The notes under the pieces are model-generated. The model saw only the letters and a list, made by a program, of their open reading frames with translations, made no database searches and was not told the origin of the DNA. Shown piece by piece: positions 47,751-54,073 of a stretch of DNA of 64,000 nucleotides. Made by a program: the position numbers and the translations under genes. The stretch is taken from positions 1 to 64,000 of IMG/VR virus record IMGVR_UViG_3300045391_000822; one strand, 5' to 3'. This DNA comes from a virus. The first letter of the stretch is position 1, and each line of letters opens with the position of its first letter.

Positions 47751-47927
47751 ATGATGTTTCACAAGAAACGCTTTTTCGCGAAGTATGCTGGTTTCGACGT
47801 TGGCCTTGGTGGCATAAGGTGCCCTTGCTGCGCTCCACCTCCTAAGAAAAGGAAGAAGCTGTTCAGGAGTGGGCGTAAACAATTGAACCGAGCGGTCTTT
47901 AAGATTGAGCGTGAACAAGAAGAGTAA
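47751..47927 (+). CDS. small basic Cys-containing protein (58 aa)
   Basis: AGGAG RBS; GGIRCPCCAPPPKKRKK. Confidence 0.65.
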   Translation: MMFHKKRFFAKYAGFDVGLGGIRCPCCAPPPKKRKKLFRSGRKQLNRAVFKIEREQEE

Positions 47928-47934
47928 ATGGTTT

Positions 47935-48018
47935 GCAGACGTGGCGTAATTGGTAGCCGCGCAAGCCCGAGGAGCTTGTGACTCAGTCGTGTGGGTTCGA
48001 GTCCCACCGTCTGCACCA
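47935..48018 (+). tRNA. tRNA-Leu(GAG)
   Basis: loop CCGAGGA (C33), variable arm, A73, CCA. Confidence 0.9.
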
Positions 48019-48041
48019 ACCCAATGTATCAAAGAAGTACC

Positions 48042-48118
48042 AGGAGTATAGCTCAACTGGTTAGAGCAATCCCCTTTTAAGGGATAGGTTCTGGATTCGA
48101 GTTCCAGTACTCCTACCA
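48042..48118 (+). tRNA. tRNA-Lys(TTT)
   Basis: loop CTTTTAA, CCA. Confidence 0.93.
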
Positions 48119-48125
48119 AACATAC

Positions 48126-48210
48126 GCGGGCATGGCGAAATTGGTAACCGCACCAGGTTTAGGTCCTGACGCCTTTAGGCTTTCCGGTTCGAGTCCGGAT
48201 GCCCGTACCA
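48126..48210 (+). tRNA. tRNA-Leu(TAG)
   Basis: loop TTTAGGT, variable arm, CCA. Confidence 0.92.
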
Positions 48211-48227
48211 ACACTATTAGTTCAAGA

Positions 48228-49015
48228 CCCCGGGTGATGAAATGGGTAGACGTAGGAGACTTTAACTTATTGAGCACCACCGAAAAATGATTGGTAGTCA
48301 GTCTGCGACACAGAGATAGTGCTTAACGGCATAAAGCGAAAGCTTCAGATAATCTGACTCCGATGGTAAGACGTACGCGCAGAGGCGTAACATTCAATCG
48401 AAAGACGGTAAAACAGTTGTTGGCTTCTTTGCTTGGAATAACACCCACCTACGAACAACGAACGCCGGAATGATTAAGTTAAATCTTAATTGGGACGGAA
48501 CTAAGCGTAGGCCGGTGCCAGGTTAACAGCAATGATTGGGTGAATGGAATCAAAGTCGGCGAATGCTTTATGGTAATGAGACAAGCGAAGGCCAGCATCT
48601 TAAGATGCAAGAGTGCAGACCTTGTAAATTCCTGCTAACGCCGAGCCAAGCCTGAGAAAGTCGGGTTCAAAGTCCGAGGCCCTGTAAGAGGGATATAGCA
48701 TAGATGGAAATGCGCTCAGGAAGGTGTAGAGACTAAACGGTTCCCTCCTAAGATAGGCGACTAGCTCCATGTGTTACGGAGCTACCGCGGTAATTCCGGT
48801 AGGCCTAATTAAATCCTGCCTTATTACGGAGAAGACATAGTCCAGACCATCAAACTTTTATGGCGCCATAGGTCGAAAGCGGCAAATTTGTCGCCTGTTA
48901 AAACGGCGTCTTAGCGTTGGTTTATCTAGACCAACGGAGAAGGTAGCGAAAGCTATAGTGGTACGAAAATCTCCCGCCTTAGGGCGTACCGGTTCGAGTC
49001 CGGTCCCGGGGACCA
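48228..49015 (+). tRNA. tRNA-Leu(TAA), split by intron (exons 48228-48262 and 48966-49015)
   Basis: joined exons give ccccggg/cccgggg acceptor, ggaga-CTTAAAA-tctcc anticodon arm, variable arm, T arm, ACCA. Confidence 0.9.
48263..48965 (+). mobile_element. group I intron (IC3 / trnL-UAA type), 703 nt, no homing endonuclease ORF
   Basis: U before 5' splice site, IGS ttgag, P aaagtcggcgaa, Q taacgccgagccaagcc, R ggaaggtgtagagactaaacgg, S aagacatagtcc, P9 tagcgaaagcta, terminal G. Confidence 0.9.
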
Positions 49016-49294
49016 TTCATTAAGACGAAGCGTAGATGAAAAACATAGCAGGCAATATCTTGTCGATGTTAATTTCGTTGTTTGCGACCATTAATGCATT
49101 CAGTCAAGGTAACTTGATAGGGATAATTCTTGGTGCGGCTGCGTCGGCATGGAACATCCGTATGATGTTCACACTGCATAATATTCGAGGAATAAATATG
49201 AAGTTTGCACGAATCAATAAAGGTGGCATCCCTATGATGCCGCATTGGATAATGGTCGGCACCCGCTCGACACCAATGCGGCGGGGAGCTACCG

Positions 49295-49561
49295 ATGCGA
49301 AAAACCAATCGCAGTATACGCCGCAAGGAAAGAGCGCGCCTCAAGAAGGTTCGCAAACACTACTGGTGGGGAGCCAGCGTTGACGGACCTTTGACTGGTA
49401 AGTACCTAGGTATGGCAGTGAACACCTCTACACCGTGTTCCTGCTGGATGTGTTGTAACCCTCGGAAGAGCTGGGTGGACGATACACCTAAAGGTATGAC
49501 CGTAAAAGAAGTATCCGATAATGAACTGGCGGACCTCATGGAAACGGAGTACGTTAAGTGA
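49295..49561 (+). CDS. small basic Zn-binding-like protein
   Basis: GGAG RBS; PCSCWMCCNPRK. Confidence 0.65.
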   Translation: MRKTNRSIRRKERARLKKVRKHYWWGASVDGPLTGKYLGMAVNTSTPCSCWMCCNPRKSWVDDTPKGMTVKEVSDNELADLMETEYVK

Positions 49562-49893
49562 CTCAACCTATTCAGTTGACTAGTGCCAATTTCGTAGAAA
49601 CGGTAGATCAGAACACCAAATTGATTGTTCGATTTACTGCACCGTGGTGTGGTCCGTGCAAGACGTTTGCTCCTGTATTTGATAAGGCTGCAGAAGAAAC
49701 GTCTGGTATGACATTTGCTGTATTGGACGTAGACGACAACCAGGATATCGCTACCGAATTCGGTATTCGTGGTGTTCCGTCCGTAGTGTTTTTCAAGGAT
49801 GGTGAGGTAGCTTACCGAATGATGGGTGCTATGACACCAACGCAGTTTCAAACAGGTATCGAAAAAGCCTTTGCTCCGAAATCGGTTTCGTAA
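49558..49893 (+). CDS. trxA: thioredoxin
   Basis: FTAPWCGPCK, LDVD, IRGVP. Confidence 0.93.
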   Translation: MTQPIQLTSANFVETVDQNTKLIVRFTAPWCGPCKTFAPVFDKAAEETSGMTFAVLDVDDNQDIATEFGIRGVPSVVFFKDGEVAYRMMGAMTPTQFQTGIEKAFAPKSVS

Positions 49894-49915
49894 ATACTGG
49901 TTGCAAGCAAAGGAG

Positions 49916-50101
49916 ATGATAATGCGTAAGAACCTGATACGTGCTTTCTATCGAAACTTGACTGGACTGTCCGATCAAGAGTTGGATCAAGCTTTTACAG
50001 TGGAATATTTCCTGACTCGCAGCAAGTTCCGTGCTATGTGGAACATGCTGAAATGGAATAAGGAAGTGATCCAAGGAATGGCCGCTACCTTTAAATTCTG
50101 A
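49916..50101 (+). CDS. hypothetical protein
   Basis: AAGGAG RBS. Confidence 0.5.
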   Translation: MIMRKNLIRAFYRNLTGLSDQELDQAFTVEYFLTRSKFRAMWNMLKWNKEVIQGMAATFKF

Positions 50102-50195
50102 GGTAGTGTTTGTAAGTGAATGCGAGGCACCAGAAGCCACTGGTAGCAGTAGGTGGACGGAAGTGCGTTAGTGCTGGTGGGTAAGCCACCACAAT

Positions 50196-50283
50196 GGGTG
50201 AATGGCTGAGAGGTCTAAGGCGGCAGTCTTGAAAACTGATGAGTGTAAAAGCTCCGTGGGTTCGAATCCTACTTCACCCGCCA
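50196..50283 (+). tRNA. tRNA-Ser(TGA)
   Basis: loop CTTGAAA, long variable arm, G73, CCA. Confidence 0.93.
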
Positions 50284-50297
50284 TTGCAAATGATTAC

Positions 50298-50376
50298 GTC
50301 GAGGTCCAGTTGGGGACAGGATGCCGCTGATCACGGCCGATCAACCTGGTGGGTTCGAACCCCACACTCGACTCCA
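50298..50376 (+). tRNA. atypical tRNA-like gene (loop CTGATCA, U73)
   Basis: canonical T arm and TCCA end; 6-bp acceptor, irregular D arm, 4-bp anticodon stem. Confidence 0.5.
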
Positions 50377-50587
50377 ACATTCAAACGTTTTCGTTGGTGT
50401 TTATCTCCTTGGTACGAGCTGCGATACCAACGAAATTGTACCGAGCAGGTGTAGGTTTAACGACCGCTTCTACTTGGGCTACTACGTTGCCTATGAGCTT
50501 CCATAGTGCGCCTGTCTGCTGGAATGACGACAACGTAGCAGTTAGGGACAGGACCAAAGCGGACTTCGGGTCCGGAGAATGCTTTGG

Positions 50588-50662
50588 GGTGATAGTAGCT
50601 CAATGGTAGAGCCGTGGATTGTGGATCCACTGACGAGAGTTCGATCCTCTTCTATCACCCCA
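50588..50662 (+). tRNA. tRNA-His(GTG)
   Basis: G-1:C73, loop TTGTGGA, CCA. Confidence 0.92.
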
Positions 50663-50694
50663 AAGCGTTTTCAAGTTCCGTAAATAGTTGATAC

Positions 50695-50870
50695 GAGATG
50701 TCTTAGGGGTAACGGGAAGGACTAAGGTTGAGAATAAGAGTTAGTTCGGTGCACCGATTAACTTGATTTCGACTAAGGTGGCTTCAGCAGATAGTACCCA
50801 TCATAAGGTTGCGCGCCTTGGATACTGTAGTTTCAGGATCGTTCCCTGGTCGGTGCCCCTAAGACATTTC
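50695..50870 (+). ncRNA. orphan structured RNA A
   Basis: 17-bp terminal stem, T-arm-like hairpin tcagg-ATCGTTC-cctgg, three TAAGGT repeats, upstream CGTAAATA. Confidence 0.55.
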
Positions 50871-50875
50871 AAAGT

Positions 50876-51074
50876 ATTCTCAGAGCAGCAATGCAAAGCG
50901 AAATCAGTAAATGCCTGGTGAGTGCGCACAATCCAGAACATCGAAACAAAGTAGCTGGTGCAAGATACTAACCCGCGTAGTTGTTTGACGCGAGTACGGC
51001 ATTCTTATTGGATGTGACAGTACCGGTCTACGTTGGAGGCTCCTGGATCGTCCCCAGGTTGCTGCTCTGAGAAT
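50876..51074 (+). ncRNA. orphan structured RNA B
   Basis: perfect 16-bp terminal stem stacked on T-arm-like cctgg-ATCGTCC-ccagg. Confidence 0.55.
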
Positions 51075-51080
51075 TGCTTC

Positions 51081-51164
51081 CATAGTTGGTAGCGTTGGAC
51101 GTCGATATCCAAATAATCCTGTTGGATCCGGATCACAGGTTGGATACCAGCGTTACCAACTATG
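51081..51164 (+). other. long irregular hairpin upstream of tmRNA
   Basis: 18-bp basal stem plus tatccaa/ttggata and cctgt/acagg. Confidence 0.5.
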
Positions 51165-51560
51165 GTAGTAGGTGACCTAAAGGTTACGAGAGTGAGAAAT
51201 GAATGGCGGTAAGACGCGGGTTCGATTCCCGCCGGCTCCACCATACACGCCTTGTCTTCATGAAGCACGCCTTAACAGGACGTGTATGATGGGGCTGACA
51301 TGGATTCGATTATCGTGCTGAAGTGGACGCAACTACCCGGGCAAGCGGAGCCCGCTGACCTAGGTCAGGAATACCAAGCAAAGAAGATAAATGCTAACGA
51401 CAGCATCTTTGAGCAGCGCCTCGCGGCCTGATCACATAGTCCCTAGTAAACTGGATAGTTGATAACGATACGATTCCAGGGAGCTAGGTGGGGCCACCGT
51501 GTACCTAGTACACCTGTGTCAGAAACCTACCTTGTCAGATAGGAAGAGTGGCCCACCTCC
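51163..51560 (+). ncRNA. ssrA: circularly permuted (two-piece) tmRNA; outer ends approximate
   Basis: T arm + CGGCTCCACCA ends at 51243, GGGGCTGACATGGATTCGA starts at 51291, G3-U pair, tag ANDSIFEQRLAA* 51393-51431. Confidence 0.88.
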
Positions 51561-51574
51561 AGGTTAAGATAATC

Positions 51575-52192
51575 ATGGCTCTAAGAACGATAACGTTTGA
51601 TGATGAAGACCTAGATTCTGTCTCTAGGACAATTAATATATTGAACAGTTTCCGTGGAACGTTAAGGGCCAGGTCCGGTACGGCTACCGTGACGAGCAGG
51701 TGTAACGCTCAATACAACGCCGCAAAAGCTATCATAGAAACCAGAACTGCGTACCTGTATGGTAATTATGTACAGCGCAGATCCAGGGGTTGCTATGTGT
51801 ACATGCACTGCGAGGCCGATAGGAAACTTCATCGTGGCAAAAGTGGCGTAATCAATTTCCTTTTGGATTGCGGTGTTGAGTACATGCCCTTCTATGTAGG
51901 CAAGGGAGTAGGCTCGAGAGATATCTGCCTAGACAGAAACGAAACACACCGCAAAGTACGTCAACGACTCCAGACGTTTGGCAAAGATGTTGTAGTCAAA
52001 CGAGTTGCAGAAGATCTTTCCGAGAAAGATGCGTTAGCACTGGAATCACGATGGCTAGATGTGTTAGGACTCCGAGTGAACGGAGGAATGTTGGTAAATC
52101 TTGATGAAGGTGTGGAAACAGCTAGACGACGTGTTCTGTACAAGGAGCACCTGGTCGTTTTATCAGAATTTTACCAACATTCGGTAAAATAA
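51575..52192 (+). CDS. free-standing GIY-YIG (LEM-3-like) endonuclease
   Basis: YVYMH...PFYVGKG..R...LSEKDALALE...LVNLDEG. Confidence 0.75.
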   Translation: MALRTITFDDEDLDSVSRTINILNSFRGTLRARSGTATVTSRCNAQYNAAKAIIETRTAYLYGNYVQRRSRGCYVYMHCEADRKLHRGKSGVINFLLDCGVEYMPFYVGKGVGSRDICLDRNETHRKVRQRLQTFGKDVVVKRVAEDLSEKDALALESRWLDVLGLRVNGGMLVNLDEGVETARRRVLYKEHLVVLSEFYQHSVK

Positions 52193-52196
52193 TTCA

Positions 52197-52363
52197 AGAA
52201 TCCAGCGCCGAGGATGCTCCACTCTAGTGGTAGCCATAGAGACAGCTACTTAGGTAGGTTCTGAAGCGCGGAAACCGTATAGTCAACAAGGTGACCTGGG
52301 TAGAAACTGCCCGGCATATATCCGTTGAGAGCCAAGGACGTAGTGTTCTCGGCACTGGGTTCT
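52197..52363 (+). ncRNA. orphan structured RNA C
   Basis: ~22-bp terminal stem enclosing about five hairpins. Confidence 0.5.
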
Positions 52364-52371
52364 AAATTGAC

Positions 52372-52444
52372 CTCGCGTGGTCAGGTAGGTTATGTGATGG
52401 ATTGCAATCCATCTAGACTGGTTCGATTCCAGTACGCGAGTCCA
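52372..52444 (+). tRNA. tRNA-Cys(GCA), 6-nt anticodon loop
   Basis: atgga-TTGCAA-tccat, U73, CCA. Confidence 0.75.
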
Positions 52445-52446
52445 AA

Positions 52447-52534
52447 GGATACATGGCTGAGTGGTCGAAAGCAGCACGGTGCTAACGTGTCGAGTCGAAA
52501 GGCTCCGTAGGTTCGAATCCTACTGTATCCGCCA
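52447..52534 (+). tRNA. tRNA-Ser(GCT)
   Basis: loop GTGCTAA, long variable arm, G73, CCA. Confidence 0.92.
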
Positions 52535-52560
52535 ACCGTAATTTAACTTCGGACAATACG

Positions 52561-52761
52561 ATGTACTATGTTGAATACTTCACACGTCGTGATGGCGTGT
52601 TGGTATCTTCTGGTGGTATTAAATCAGTACGTGGTAATAATATTGAAGAAGCACATTTAGGTGCTGTGCAGAAAGCCACAACAGTAGATTTTGGTTATCG
52701 GCTTTATGAGGGTCCTATGATGTCTCTAATTCGTCCGGTAACTGGCGTTGTTGAGCGTTAA
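52561..52761 (+). CDS. hypothetical protein
   Basis: short ORF with GGA RBS. Confidence 0.5.
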   Translation: MYYVEYFTRRDGVLVSSGGIKSVRGNNIEEAHLGAVQKATTVDFGYRLYEGPMMSLIRPVTGVVER

Positions 52762-52766
52762 AGATA

Positions 52767-52994
52767 ATGGGTAAACTGTCCAGGCATAAGAAAACGAAGA
52801 TGGGTGCATTACCTGGTGACATACCTTTGCAGTCCAAGGTAGAAATGCTAGAAAAAGGTAAGGCCGCAATTCGATTTTCAAAAGGCTATTCCCAGGAAAT
52901 GGGAAAGAAGGCGAGTAAGGCATTCAAGAAAATACTACGTGGACCTGAGAGAGCGCGTCTTAAAGAACGCTGTAGAACAGAGTTTGAAGAATAA
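52767..52994 (+). CDS. small basic protein
   Basis: K/R-rich ORF. Confidence 0.55.
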   Translation: MGKLSRHKKTKMGALPGDIPLQSKVEMLEKGKAAIRFSKGYSQEMGKKASKAFKKILRGPERARLKERCRTEFEE

Positions 52995-53032
52995 GTGATT
53001 CCGTAAATAATATGGAGTCGCTTTTCAACTAC

Positions 53033-53104
53033 TTGGTGGCGAGGGCTATCGGTTACTTCCAGACTTTGAATCTGACCAAAACACCGTTGCTAATTATTCC
53101 CCAA
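53033..53104 (+). ncRNA. Y RNA-like 1 (minimal, single hairpin)
   Basis: GGTGGCGAG..GTTACTTC..TATTCCCC ends; caga-CTTTGAA-tctg hairpin. Confidence 0.7.
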
Positions 53105-53157
53105 GTAGCTGAAAAGCGATTCCGTAAATAACTGTGAAGAAGTTATCTTTGATTCTA

Positions 53158-53296
53158 GCAGTGGCGTAGCTGTGCAGTTACTTCGACTGTTAATCGAGTG
53201 GTCGCAGGTTCGAGTCCTGTCACTGCGTAAGTGGTGTAGCTCAGTTGGATAGAGCACTTGGCCGAAAGGCCGTTCCTGCAGGCGAGGGTTCCCTGC
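53158..53296 (+). ncRNA. Y RNA-like 2 (YrlA type)
   Basis: CAGTGGCGTAG..GTTACTTC, CTGTTAA loop, T arm, closed acceptor stem, D arm, GTTCCCTG. Confidence 0.85.
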
Positions 53297-53331
53297 TAGA
53301 ATCAAAGATAATTTAGACTGTTATGATGTGT

Positions 53332-53456
53332 GCGGTGGTGAAGTATACGATTCCATCTCAACCAGTGGGTCGCGGGTTCGAGTCCCGTCTATCCGTCAGG
53401 ATAGTAGATCAGTTGGTAGATCAACCGGCAATTAATCGTACACGATTGTTCCCCGC
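53332..53456 (+). ncRNA. Y RNA-like 3 (YrlA type)
   Basis: CGGTGGTGAAG..., T arm, ctatcc-gtca-ggatag, D arm, TGTTCCCCG. Confidence 0.8.
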
Positions 53457-53487
53457 ACACATCATAGCAGTCTCAGAGTTTTAGTTT

Positions 53488-53633
53488 AGCAGTGGCGTAG
53501 ATAACAGTTACTTCGCATGGAAAGCCGGTACCGTAAGGTTGCGCTAGTTCGAATCTAGCCCCTCCCAAATCTGTGGGAGGGTAGGGAAGTGGATAAACCC
53601 GCCGTAACGTTCTGTTGTCGTTTGTTCCCTGCT
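53488..53633 (+). ncRNA. Y RNA-like 4 (YrlA type, Ser-like)
   Basis: CAGTGGCGTAG..GTTACTTC, ATGGAAA loop, long variable arm, T arm, closed acceptor, D arm, TGTTCCCTG. Confidence 0.82.
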
Positions 53634-53635
53634 TT

Positions 53636-53711
53636 ACATCCATCGTCTAGAGGCCTAGGACACTGCCCTTTCACGGCAGGTACGCGGGTTCGAATCCCGC
53701 TGGGTGTGCCA
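53636..53711 (+). tRNA. tRNA-Glu(TTC)
   Basis: loop CTTTCAC, G73, CCA. Confidence 0.93.
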
Positions 53712-53782
53712 GTTTAGGCTCCTTGTTTCACGGACATGCTAGTCCGAGGTTTTGAAACTGGAACAAGGAGTCCTTCTTAGTT

Positions 53783-53890
53783 TTGCAGTGGCGTAATTAA
53801 TCGAGTTCATCGCTAATTGGATAAGCACTGGGGCTTGGTCCCAGTTTAGTGGTTCGATTCCACGCTCTCGATAATGTCTGTTCCCTGCAA
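53783..53890 (+). ncRNA. Y RNA-like 5 (arms in canonical D-anticodon-T order)
   Basis: CAGTGGCGTAA..., D arm, ctggg-GCTTGGT-cccag, T arm, TGTTCCCTG. Confidence 0.75.
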
Positions 53891-53902
53891 ATTGATTTAT
53901 GT

Positions 53903-53978
53903 GGTGCGTTAGCTCAGTTGGTAGAGCGCTGGATTGTCTATCCAGAAGTCAGGAGTTCGAGCCTCCTACGCATCGCCA
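53903..53978 (+). tRNA. tRNA-Asp(GTC)
   Basis: loop TTGTCTA (U37), G73, CCA. Confidence 0.9.
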
Positions 53979-54073
53979 AGTTTGGACCACCAGCTTGTTA
54001 ACTGAATCTGATTCATATGGCTCAGCGCGCTAGTGACCAGCTTTTTTGTAGAAGCTGGTGGTCCTACTAGTTT

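Noticed and set aside
50695-51164. RNase P RNA, SRP RNA or 6S RNA
   Set aside because: No GAGGAAAGTCC or SRP helix-8 motif seen; the multibranch fold does not clearly fit a 6S rod. Not excluded without a covariance search.
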